Position numbers and translations under genes: made by a program. From Lytechinus pictus (taxonomy: Eukaryota): a stretch of 64,000 bases of DNA. Positions 13,496 through 26,700 of this stretch are shown in pieces. Every line of letters begins with the position of its first letter. The first letter of the stretch is position 1. The stretch covers positions 8,804,001 to 8,868,000 of the forward strand of contig NW_026974141.1 in assembly GCF_037042905.1 (NCBI RefSeq). Reading direction: 5' to 3'. The notes below the pieces were generated by a model. The model searched no databases. It saw only the letters and a program-made list of their open reading frames with translations, and had not been told where the DNA came from.

Positions 13496-14574
13496 AGTGT
13501 TAATTGGGCAAAATGAATGAAAATAAAATGGATATTAGACCAACTGGTCATGAGACGAAATGGTCACAGGCGAACTGGTGATTAGACGAAGTGATGATTG
13601 GACCAAATGATTATTGGATCAAGTAGACAAAATGTTGATGGACGGAATGGCATTAAACTATGAAGGTACATGTAGATCATGTGGTGAAAAAAAAGTACCT
13701 CACCACTGTTTCTTTCAGCAGAAATCCTCTTGGGAGGCTTCATGAAAAATAGTGACAAAAATTGAAAATACATTGCACCTTTGACTTGTATTAATTTTTC
13801 CAGACCTTTCATCTTTGCTGTTCAATAACCTTTGAAAACTTTTGTGTTGGGTGTTGATTTTTTGCCTTTTTTCACTTATGTATCTTTCAAGTTTCTGTAT
13901 TACCTTGTGTGCATTTGTGAATTTTGTATCATCTTCCTTTATGCCCGAATTGTGATTTCTATGCATCGTCTTTCAAAATGTGGTGTGAAACAAGATTATT
14001 ATGCATGCTGAAAAGAAATTGATTTTGTTTAATCATTATGATGTTAGTGATCATTTTGGTTTATTTCAATCTTTCATAGTTTTTATCGTAGAATTCTTGT
14101 TATAATGATCACTGGCTTTGTTTTAATGGATTCCTTTCAATGAGAGTTTAAAACGATTTTGATTCATTTTCACTTTCATTTATTACATAGTATGTTATCT
14201 GTTTTGATCAATAGCAAGGCGTAAATAAATCAAAGCCTTCTGAGGCCATNNNNNNNNNNNNNNNNNNNNNNNNNNNNNNNNNNNNNNNNNNNNNNNNNNN
14301 NNNNNNNNNNNNNNNNNNNNNNNNNNNNNNNNNNNNNNNNNNNNNNNNNNNNNNNNNNNNNNNNNNNNNNNNNNNNNNNNNNNNNNNNNNNNNNNNNNNN
14401 NNNNNNNNNNNNNNNNNNNNNNNNNNNNNNNNNNNNNNNNNNNNNNNNNNNNNNNNNNNNNNACCAAATCAACTTTGTAGAGTGCTCAAGGCGCATAAAG
14501 AGCTAAAGAGTTTTTAGAAGATTTTTGAAAGTCTCGACAGAGGTACATTTTTTCATTACTTTTATTCCTTCCAG

Positions 14575-14766
14575 TCTCCAGCCAAGAAAGACGACAGCAG
14601 CTTCAACGACCTCTTCTTCCGTGATGGCACACGACGGATCGACTTCGTCCTGGCTTACAGGAAGATGGAGAGTGAGGAGAGGGAAGAGAAGAGAGTGAGA
14701 AAGAGGACAAACTACGAGGCCAATCTCGTTGATGAAGGCCTTGAGCTTGAGTACGAGAACTCAGAG
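14575..14766 (+). CDS. Anoctamin exon SPAKKDD...[14 protein letters not shown]...LELEYENSE (first exon found, phase 0/0)
   Basis: ttccag acceptor, gtaaag donor, 192 nt, N-terminal domain motif. Confidence 0.92.
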
Positions 14767-17700
14767 GTAAAGTCTAATCATTTTGAGTTTCATTCATTTC
14801 GAGTTTGATGGTGCGTTTGAGTGTGAGTGTGAATTGGATTCAACTAACTCAAATTTAATTTTGTCTCACATTTTTGTAAAGCATTATCTACAAAAACTTG
14901 ACTATTTAAAGATAGAATTCAGAGAACTCAGAGGTAAATACCCATCATTTCGAGTTTGATTCATTTCGAGTTTGACGGTGAGTTTGAGTGTGAATTGGAT
15001 TCAACTAACTCAAATTCAATTTTGTCTCACCTTTTTGTAAAAGCATTCTCTACAAAAACTTGAATATTTAAAGATAGAATTTAGCATGAATTCACTATTT
15101 AATGATAGAATTTTATAAAGTATAGAAGTTTTCATTCAAAACTTAATTGACTCTTCAAAATTCATTCTTTGAAGAGTGAACGTTTTCTTTGTTATCATCA
15201 AGAGAGTATATTTTGGAATGAACTTGGGAGTTGGGGAAGTGTACTTCTGAAGCAAAGTTTTAAAACAAGTTTCCTTTTTACAATTACAGTTTGGATTAAT
15301 CCAAATATTTAATATTTTTTTATTTGTCTGAAAAATCTCAACCATCTGTAATTACTTTTTGCAAGGAATTGAGATTGTATTTTCAAATAATTCAACTCAA
15401 GGTCACATTCCAAACTATTAAGTTTTCAGTGTTTGAATTCAATAAGGGAATGCCTCTCGATTTTTCTGTCCTATGTTTGTTTTCTTTACTTGTAATAATA
15501 ATAATAATGTTCATCATCTTATGGTGTACATGTGGAAAAATGAATACTATAATTATTGATATTTCATGTATTATTTATTATTAATTATAATTATACATGT
15601 AGTTAAAATATATTTATAAATTCCTTATTTTCTATAGAAAAAACCCAGAGATTCAATAATTCTTTAATATCATACTCTGAACTAAATTTAATTTATTACA
15701 GTTTAAGGTTCAGTCCTTCAATTTTCACCAGGAGGAACCATTTTGATATCATAGTAAATTTCTTATTGTGGCCTAGACAATTTCTTTTGAAAACTCATGT
15801 GTATTAAAATTAATTGATTTATTATCATTTAATGCAAAAGTTTGTTAGCCCCCCATTAGAAAAAAAAATTGTGACAGTATTGAATTTTAAGATACGATGA
15901 TATATATTTTCGTCCATGAAGATTGCAAGAATATTAAAGGAAAAAGAGCATGATTTTTATGATTCGTGATCAGCTAGTGTTCCCCTGAAGTTTTTTCTTT
16001 CAAGGGCAAACAAATTTCATACCAAAAAGCTGTCAATTGTCAAGTGTGGCTAAATAAACACACTTTAAAAATAATCATTAGGAAAACACCCACTGATGTG
16101 ACAATGGATCGACTTGATTAAAGTTTTGATATATACATGTACAATAGAAAGAATGATTCAAATTATGAATCCTTCGATCATACAGCACATGCATGCATGA
16201 ACACATTGCTTTATTAGATATTTTGCTTTGATTTTAATACCTTGCTTTTGAATTTGGACAATAAAGAATGACTACACTAGTTATAGCTCTTTATGTTGCA
16301 TTGATTATAGTTTGAAATCATTTTAGTCCGAGGTACGATGCATGTAGATAGTTGAATTAGATTACATCATCAAGAAGTGGATGCGATGAAGGTGTTTAAA
16401 TTTTTTTGTTTGGGGTTTCTTCTGCCCGATTACATGTGGTGCTTTTTCTTGAATTACCCCACATACCCTTCTTGTTGAGCATGGAGCCCCATAAATTCTC
16501 ATTCTCAATTTCACGAAAAGCTTTGTTTTCTATTCACTGATTTAGACATGTTTTACAATTCATTATGCCGAAGCCATAACAAATTATGTTTCGAGTTTCA
16601 TTTTTCTAATTTTTTATTTTTTTTTTCAATGATACAAGAGAAAAATCATGTTTTTTTTTTAAAGCTATGTATTTTCTTTAAATTCCACTCGATGCTTGAT
16701 CTTGATGATTGTTTGCTGTTCGTTTGCTCAATACTTCTATTATCTTATGTTTGAATAACCATTACATGTTTATTGCATGAGTGCTTTTTATATAAAACAA
16801 ATGAAACATAATTATTCATGTTTGATTCTTAACCTTTTTTTCTTGATCTCAACCTTTTTATCTTAATTTCTTTCTCATCTACTCCATTTCGGTCCATCTT
16901 TTTATTTCTCTATCACCGCATCTGGCACCCTTTCTCCTCTTCCAATGCTGTTACATGCACGACACTCTGACCCCACCCTTCCTATAAAAAATGACCTCCA
17001 TTAAAAATTCTTCCCTCAAACTCTTCCCCCACTCAATTCCCACAACTTCCCCATTCCAATATCTTCCCCCCCCCCCGCCACCCTCTTTGCTTGATTGGCG
17101 TTGCATTCTCAAAACGTAACCCGCACACACACACCGAACTGACAACCCGTGTGCTCTATTAACTTCCACGCCCCCTTTCTTTGATGTGTATTGGTTGTCG
17201 TGGTAACGTCGGCATGCAGGGGCCGGAGCCGAACCCAGAAGACCCAGTGAGTATAGTTGTATGGTGAAGTATATGGGTCACACACAAAAAAGAAAAGAAA
17301 CATACATGTACCAATCCCAGTCCAAATCGGCCCCACCCCCACTGTAACAAATACTCCTGTGGGTGAAGGTTTACTTTCAATATATTTTATAATTCATGAT
17401 TATTTGGAGTTAAAGGTTATTATGATTTGTGAAGGGGGTATATAGATGTATTCATTTGAGTTTTATATATTTTTGGTTATTTGGCAATAATGTGTACTAC
17501 ATGAACGTGTGTTCTATGCAAGCAGTATCAGGTGCATATTGGTATTGGAAATTAATAACCATCCCGATATTAAACCCCTAATCAGTAAGTGATAACAGAG
17601 TAAAAGCATATTTGGAGGAACAATAACAAACATTTTTTTTGGACCAAGTTATTCATTTTAAAATACTAAACTCTATTTAATTACAAAAAGTAAAAGCCCC

Positions 17701-20700
17701 TTTGCACAGCTCTGTGACAGTCATTCGAGGCAATAGATACATTTCTTGAAAAAAATCTGAACAATATTTTCTTGTTTTGAAAATGATATATTCAGTTGAC
17801 TTACACTAGTCTACAGTTTATGTTCTTGTTGAAATAAAATTTAATGCTTTCGTTGCAGAATAAAATCTCTTTTGATTGAAGCGAATTTCAGTTGCTTCTT
17901 TAATAACAAATTAAAAGCTTCAGTGCTAACGAGACATATATATCAACAGTTTGCTGCGTTTATTTCAGCTTAAAACTAACCCCTTTTATCTTGATGATAA
18001 ATACTAACAGCTTTGACTCACATTACATTTTTCTTTATAACAACAGGATTTTATTCATACAAATAACGAAAATGTTTTATTTTGCAGACATGACACAACC
18101 GTTCATATCTACATCATATGCATGTCATGATACATACTCATTAATACAGAATAGAAGTTTTGGGGTTTTTAAGAATCATTTGCAATGTTATGTATTATAC
18201 AATACAGTATCTCCAACAAGTTGTGTGCATATCTATATTTGATGTTTGTGTATTAAAGAGGATTTAAAAAGATTAGCATTTCCCTAAGCTTTATCAAATT
18301 TTTTCAGATACGTACAGAAACAAATGTGAACCTTATCATCTTGAAGCTGATAGAGAGACTTATGGATTCTTACTATTTTTCATTTTTTCTTAATATTGAA
18401 TTAATCCTATAAAGTTGAACGGGTAGAGGGGCAATAAATTCTCGATCTTCATATTTAAATCTCAATATGGGTGAGAGTGAGACGGCTTTAATATCATAAG
18501 TACCGGTATTTATTATTGCTCATTTCAAAAGAAATATTAATGTGAAGTTGGGAGTGGATTAAGGTTAATTAATGGCAAAGGGAATATATATATATAGACT
18601 CGGGATTTTAAAATACCTGTCCCTGTTTCTACATGTATGTACAGTGTATTGCATGCAAGAATGTTGTGCCGGAAACTTTGTAAAAATTCAAGTATAAACC
18701 CTTGTTATGATCCCTCTCTATTGGTGTACGTCCCTTTTCATATAAACTTTAAAGCATTTGCAGTGAATTGTTCGATAGATCTAAATTTACCTCTGGGATG
18801 CACGGAAGTAGTGACATTAAAGTACAATTATATCTTCATGTAGATTGATACTAGTTAGTTAAGAATTGTTTCCTAGGAGGCGCATCCTTTCCCTCGTGCA
18901 CTTTTCAGTGTATTCATGTAGCAGGCAGAAAGTGGGAAGGGAGAAGAGGGAATGTGTGGTACAAAGTAATTGCAAAAAAAAAACATAACCAGTGACAATG
19001 TTTTCTTTTTTTGGGGGGGGGGGGAGGGGCAAGGACTCCACTCAAGAGCAATCTATTAGAAAAAAAGAAAAGCTGATTTTATCATGAAAATCAAAGAAAA
19101 TGAGGAACCTACATTTAGTGTAAATTTTGTATTACTTTAAAATGTACACCAGCTTAATGAGTATTTGGACACGCCCTTTGATTAAAGATGAAGAAGGGGG
19201 GGGGGGACTTGTAATGACTTTTATATAGGTTGTGATACACATGGGGCAGGGTAGAGTATAATTCCTTTAACGTATGGTTGTAAAAAGTAAAGAAAAAAAA
19301 TTATCACTTAAGCAGGGTTTGATATCCTTATACATGTAACACAGGTTGTTAAAAAGAGGAAAAACATTTTTTTTCGGGGGGGGGGGGGGGTGGGATTAAC
19401 TTTATTGGTTATGGTATCGATGGGGCACTAATTATAGGCCCTGATTTCTATAAAATTAAGTAAACACCATTTATACTGGATGAACCGTTAGCTGATGGGA
19501 AGCTATGAAATCCAGTATTCGGTCTGAAAGGATTGTTTTTCATTTGTCTTGGGTTGGATTTTCTTCCGCAGGAATCCCACGACAACCGCACCTTCTTCGT
19601 GAAGGTCCACGCTCCATGGGACCTGATGACTCGCTATGCTGAGGAACTCAAGATCAAGATGCCCATCGAGGTATTTAGAAAAGACTTGCAAATAATTAAT
19701 GAATAACATGGAATTAATTTCTGGAATCCTCTCTTCCAGTTGAGGAAAAGGTCAGCACAATCACTCAAAAACAGAAAGTCTCTAAAATAATATTTTCAGA
19801 ATTATTTCGGTTAGGTAGGCTTGTTTGATAAAAGCACCCACTCATGAAGCATGAGTACATTTATGATGAACCATGTGATTCTTTTATTACTCCTTCAATT
19901 TCTTTTTCCATCTGTTCTTCAAAATAGTCACAATATATTGGTGATGGCACTTTGTTATAAAAAAAGGAACTATAATTTTTTTTGGTTTAATCGAATAAAG
20001 GGAACTGGAAAACTAAATACTTTAATAGCTCTATTTACATGTAGTATTAAAGGTCAAGTCCACCTCAGAAAAATGTTGATTTGAATAAAAAGAGAAAAAT
20101 TCAACAAGCACAATGCTGAAAATTTCATCAAAATCGGATGTAAAATAAGAAAGTTATGACATTTCAAAGTTTCGCTTATTTTTAACAAAATAGTTATATG
20201 AACGAGCCAGTTACATCCAAATGAGAGAGTCGATGATGTCACTCACTCACTATTTCTTTTGTTTTTTTATTGTTTGAATTATACAATATTTCAATTTTTA
20301 CGAATTTGATGATTAGGACCTCCTTGCCTGAAGCACAAAATGTTAAAATAATGGAATTCCACGTGTTCAGGGAGGAATGAAACTTCATTTCACATGACAA
20401 TGACGAGAAAATCAAAATATTTCATATTTCATATAATAAAATACAAAAGAAATAGTGAGTGAGTGATGTCATCAGTTCCCTCATTTGCATACCAGCCAGG
20501 ATGTGCATATTACTGATTTGTGAAATGAAGCGAAACTTTAAAATGTCATAACTTTCTTATTTTACATCCGATTTTGATGAAATTTTCAGTGTTTTGCTTG
20601 TTGAATTTTTCTCTTTTTATTCCAATCAAGTTTTTGTTGGGGTGGACTTGTCCTTTAATAATATTATCATTATTATTTTGTTAAATCAAATGAAAGGGAA

Positions 20701-23700
20701 AATGAAAGTAAAGTACTCAAACTGGCAATAAGACATATAGGGTGTTGCAAGAAAATTGATCGCAAATATTTGCTTGCAACACCCCCATAGTGACATTAGA
20801 TTGAATCAAAACAAGTAGATCAAATTGTTAGTACTGACTGAACGATGTACAGTAAGCCTTTCAAAGTACTTATTAACCATCTGGCCATTACACTGAATGG
20901 TATATGAATACTCTAAAGAGGATCATACATTATAAATCTTTCATACCATCACTTCATATTTATAAAGTGTAAAGAGATGAATTATGGTTTCTAAGTTGAT
21001 CGACCTTGTCAGCCTTTCAGTGAGGTTTCAGTGGTTAATTAAAAAAGACATGTACAGTATCTTATGTGCCGTCGTGATGATTGCCACTTTAGCAATATTC
21101 CTGGTAGTTATTGACTATATATAAACCACAATGGAGTGAATATATATATATGTAACTGTCAGGATCTTTATGCGAGTGACAGTTACATGTGTAGTGTTAA
21201 ACAACACGGTTAACACTATAGGCCTAGTTATGCATGCATTGATGATGATAAGATTTCACATTGATTGGATAGCATACGTACATGTAGTGATACAAAGCCG
21301 AGTATGATGAAGATGATTAATGATGACAATGATAGTAGTCATGTGTTGAGGATGGGTGNNNNNNNNNNNNNNNNNNNNNNNNNNNNNNNNNNNNNNNNNN
21401 NNNNNNNNNNNNNNNNNNNNNNNNNNNNNNNNNNNNNNNNNNNNNNNNNNNNNNNNNNNNNNNNNNNNNNNNNNNNNNNNNNNNNNNNNNNNNNNNNNNN
21501 NNATGATCATGGTGATGATTAAGTTGAAAAGGAGGAGGAGGAGGATGATGATGATGATAAATATATTGGTGATGATGATATGATGGTGAAGATAGTAATG
21601 GTTGTTGTNNNNNNNNNNNNNNNNNNNNNNNNNNNNNNNNNNNNNNNNNNNNNNNNNNNNNNNNNNNNNNNNNNNNNNNNNNNNNNNNNNNNNNNNNNNN
21701 NNNNNNNNNNNNNNNNNNNNNNNNNNNNNNNNNNNNNNNNNNNNNNNNNNNNNNNNNNNNNNNNNNNNNNNNNNNNNNNNNNNNNNNNNNNNNNNNNNNN
21801 NNNNNNNNNNCTGGTGATTGTGATGACGATGATGGTGGTGATAATATTGATGAGGATGATAGTGATGATGATGATGGTGGTGGTGGTGATAGTGATGATG
21901 GTGATGATGGTGATGATGATGTTAATGATGTTGGTGGTGATAATATTGATGAGGATGATAGTGATGATGGTGACAGTGATGGTGATGATAGTGGTGATAA
22001 TTTTGGTGGTGGTGATGAGAATGATGATGATGGTGATGGTGGTGGTGGTGATGAGGATGATGTTAATTGTGGTTATGATTATGATAATAATGGTTATGGT
22101 GGCAAAGTCGACGATGATGGTGACGGTAATCCGATTGGTTAACATTGGTTTGACTTTTAAAAAATCTGAGCTAGAAGGTCACACTCGTCACCTGTGTCTG
22201 TGATATGTTACAAAAATGAAGCCCAGAAAAAATTGCATTCGAAAATAATTATTTAGTGCTTCAAAAATTGAAATATAAAGTGACCGAAAACACCATCTTA
22301 ATTTCATCCCATACACTTATGTGTACTATTTAGGCGTCTATAAGACGCCTATTTACAAAATCGGGGTTTGCATTGTAGTTTTAGCTTTTAATTCTCAATA
22401 ATGGTTGTTTTCAGGGTTTATTAGTTCTAATACATGCACTTGTACACATGTTTCATCTTGGTTTGATAATTTTTTAAATCGGCTGCTCACAAAGTCAAAC
22501 AATACCTTTAATGATGTTGATGGTGGTGGTAGAATTGACGGTTACAATTTTACTGACAGTGATGATCAAGATTAATTCAGTCATTGTTATACACATCCAA
22601 CAAACTTTGCATTGTTAATTTCCATAGGAAAACAACATGGAAGAACCTGTGAATGTATTCAACTGCATTGACAAGCTCTGGACTCCTTTTGAGCTGAGTG
22701 ATGATTATGTCAAGCCAGAGCCAGATGTCTTCACTGCCCCATTCATCAGGGACAGAGAAAATGAGTGAGTTCTTTGTTTTATTTATAATAATAATAATAA
22801 CGCAGTTCTTGTATAGCGCATATCCCATTATGTCATAACGTCCCTATGCTCTTCCAAAGGACATGGATATTATTACCCTGGCTTTAGCCCAGCAGCCTTT
22901 AACAGCGCGGTGGCATTTAAAGGAATAAGTTTCATCCAGGTACCCAGGGGGGGGGGGTCAATGCTAAAAAGCCCCATCCTGGACTAGATAGGGTTAAAGA
23001 GGGCAAGAGGTAAGATGTATGCAACTGCATACAAGTTTTGAACTCCATTCAAAATCCTTTTTGATCATGAAAATAAAGACTCATATGTGAGTGATAAAAC
23101 TGAACCCTAAAAGAGAATTGCATACTACAGATAGCTTATTATTTCTTTTAGCATGCAGTGTATATATATGAAACAAGAATAATTTCACGAATAAAAAAAA
23201 AGTAATTTTCACTGACTTTTGTTATAAGCTACTGAAATCCTTGCATCCGATTGGCTTAGAGCAAATTAGTCAGTGAAAATCTCAGACTATTTTCTCCATG
23301 AAACACTCTTTAGCAGCAAAGGGATTTGAGTGACATGTATGTGTAAGGGGGTGGATTGGGGGAAATTACTTCGGAAGTGAAGGGAAAAAGCTTGGATGTA
23401 TGGAGGGAGAGATACACGCAAAAGGAAGTTCGGAGGAAGAGGTTGATAAGTTCGGTATACAGGGATAGTGAAAGGGAAAGGGGTTGGGTTTTAATAGGGG
23501 TTTATCAAAGTGGAGGTAAACATCGAGAATCTGTTGGGAGTGTCGATATTGAAAGTGGATGTGCAACCCAGGTGGGTGTTTCATACATGTAAAGCTGTTC
23601 GTAAGATACAAATGACTTTACGCACGACACAAATGACTTTACTCACGGCTGGTGATCCTTTCTTGTGCTAAATGATACCCCTGTATAATTGATATATGAC

Positions 23701-26700
23701 CTAAGAACATGTTCCAGTCGTGCGTAAAGTTGTGCGTAACTTTACAAACAGCTTTATGAAACACCCACCCGGTTTAAAAATTTCCAAACAATATAGGAGG
23801 AAAGTTTTGAAATCTTGGTACATGTACATGTAGTGTTGACTACATGTATGTACAAAATTGATGCTTGTTTTGAGGCTGATCTCTCATTGAAAAATCCAAC
23901 CAACTCAACATGTTTGCATACATTTTTTTGATATCCCTTCCATTTGCTTTCAACATGACTTTCAAATGTCAACAGCTCCGTTTCTTCATATTGATTTAGA
24001 TGCAAATTATAGTGCGAACAAAACATGTACGCGTGCATTACATTTTCTCAATGTCGATGAATACTCACAGTGCATGAATGTTTGATTTTGAAGAAGATTT
24101 CAATTTTGTTTGGGATGGGGGGTGGTGCTATAATTTGTCAAGAGTTGACTACATTTTATGGTAGTGGAGGACATGTATAGCAGTGCAGCTGGAGATGAAA
24201 CATGAAACTATGTATTACATTGTTTACATGTTAAAAGGTCAAGCTGATATAGAGATGTACTGTAGATGTACGTATGCATTACACTTTTATGTAAGTAGAA
24301 TGTCGCACTTACCTACATGAAAGGGTAGGTGTATGACTTGGAAGATGACATGGCTGACTTATATTGAATTGAATTGAATTTATTCAAACCAGTCAAAGGA
24401 GAACAAAGTACAAACAAAATAAATGGTTACATTATAAAGAACTAAAACAAATGACAGGTTTGGGACCCCAAAGAAGCACAGCTTGTAATCAGGGGCCCCT
24501 GGTCATTACATAATGAAATCTATTATCGCATCAAGTTTTTACATTTGAATGTTGTAGTCACACTTATCTTCACTGAGGTGATAAAACCATGATTTTAAAA
24601 CTTTGACCTCCCCCAAAAAACAAAAGAACTGAGAGCAGCTCAGAAGAAGGTGAGTTTTAGATATGGCAATGTTTTCAACCTCATATAGTCTGACAACATA
24701 GATCTGTAAGTATGTTGTTTTAAAAGTATTAATGGTTTGCCTCTTTTTCTTTTGGTTTGAATTCACAGATTTATCATGCACAGCAGGGAAACGTTCTTTC
24801 CCAACAACATCCGCAACAGAGTGGTAAGATTTCCAAGTCTGATATCATAAAGGCAAAGTTCAACCCACCCCAACAAAAAGATGATCTGAATTAAAGGACA
24901 AAAGTCAAACAAACCTGACAATTTCTTTGAAATTAGAATGTTGTCCATTTTAATGTTTTTTTTAATCAAGGAGAAAAGCACTTGTTTGGCTACTTATTGT
25001 TGTAGGGATGAATTGACTAGCAGTGGTAGCTGATAAGTTTTAATCATTCAAGTGGGCCTATATCATAACAGAGCTGCCAACCAGTATTTTTTTGGCATAT
25101 TTAGTACGTGTTTGCAACCAAAATACGACAGTATGTTTTTTCTTTAAAATATACGATTAAAAATAAGGGGGAAAAAATTATCCTTTTTTTTTTTTAAACA
25201 AAATCGTTATTTATTGAGAAAAATCATCTCTATATGTCTCTATTTAAAAAAAACTTTCATAAACATTAATATGGTTATTGGATTATTTATGTAATTTCAG
25301 GTAACCTTTTTTAATCATTTTATTAAAACCAGGGTGAGATATGCACATGTTTCAATGTTTTTGGAAAATACATTTTTTCATCACAGAATACAGTTTTTCA
25401 TTCCCAGAGATTGGCAGGTCTGTCATAAGACTACACTGCTTTAAATGGGTCGGGAAACGGGCCACATTGAGAAGTTGAGGAATTGAGGTAGTGCCTTACA
25501 CGATTGCTTGTTCATATTAACTTTAAATACTTAGAACAAAAGGTACTTATGTTGATGGAACATATCTTCTTTTTCTCTCTCTCTTTTTCTCTTGTTTTCA
25601 TCAGGTTTATGAGATCTTAGAGAGGATGCGCTACGATCCAAATGACCCATCAAAGTTTGGTGAGTATTGATGTACTTCTTGAAGTGGCACGGCAAAACCC
25701 TCTCATTATTAACCCATGTAATAGAGGTAAAGTGGTAGAGGTGTTGTGGCACAGTGGATAAGTCTTCAGACTTTGAACCACAAGGTCCAGAGTTCAAATC
25801 CCACCGCAGCACTCACATCCTTTGGCGAGGCGTTTATCTACATTTGCCACTCTCCACTCTGGTGTAATGGTTACCTGGTAGGAACAAATTCCTTGACTGC
25901 TTGGGTGTCCGATCAGGATAACAGTGGTAAAGCCATGGTAAAGCCGGGCTAATAGTATGCAGCACTTAGAAACATTTTATTAAGCGCCATATAAATGTTG
26001 CATATTATTATTATCATTAAAATATTTCTTTTAGGAGACACATTTCCAGTTTCTCTTTATTAAATCTTCAAGAGTTGTAATGACACATGGAATATGATAA
26101 AAAGAGAAAACATGACTATTCATTCTGTATGTAGGTATTGACCACTTGATCGCTAATGGATCCTACTATGCCGTGTATGTGTTCAAGACTTGACCATTCA
26201 TTCTCTATGTAGGTATTGACCACTTGATCGCTAACGGATCCTACTACGCTGCCTATCCACTCCATGAGGGCAACTACAAGAGCGAGCATTCCTTACTGAC
26301 CCATGGGGCACTGAACGATAGACATGTGAGTACCTGGGAAAAATAAATTTTCATAAAAGAGAAGAAAGAGAGAAGTGAGAAAAAAATCCATCAAATGAAA
26401 AAGTTCTGAAAGTTTTTGAAGTCTCAACTTGAAATGGTGATCCTCAAACCTCTTCTCTCCATCATCATGGTTGATGCTTTCTTATTTTATTTTTTACATC
26501 TGTATGATGTTTGTCATGGGTATTAAAAGGAATGTGAATAGGTTCTTAAAAGATCTAGGTCCCGTAACACAATGGTTAGCGATTAATTGTACGCTTGATT
26601 TACTCGATCGATTGTACATTGCAGTCAATGGAATCAATTGTAGAAAAATGTTCTACGATCATTGCTATTAAAGCTTTGTGTTACGGGTCCCTGATCGTGA

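Noticed and set aside
14250-14462. N blocks (also 21359, 21609, 29449, 32222) possibly hiding exons
   Set aside because: Most are flanked by simple repeats and the anoctamin frame is continuous across them; only the block before 14575 cannot be excluded.
1-14574. Anoctamin start-codon exon
   Set aside because: No convincing + strand ATG exon with a phase-0 donor was found; it probably lies upstream of the window.
17040-17246. Alternative promoter and first exon (ATG at 17214 with GC, CCAAT and X-box-like motifs)
   Set aside because: Possible, but the 436-nt AG-free tract and a CAG right after the ATG fit a cassette acceptor better; 5' RACE would decide.
21256-22203. Long M/V/I/T-rich ORFs
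   Set aside because: Translations of (GAT/GGT)n microsatellite and N blocks; not coding.
25737-25815. tRNA gene
   Set aside because: tRNA-like head continues into a SINE body and (ATT)n tail, with three diverged copies in the window.
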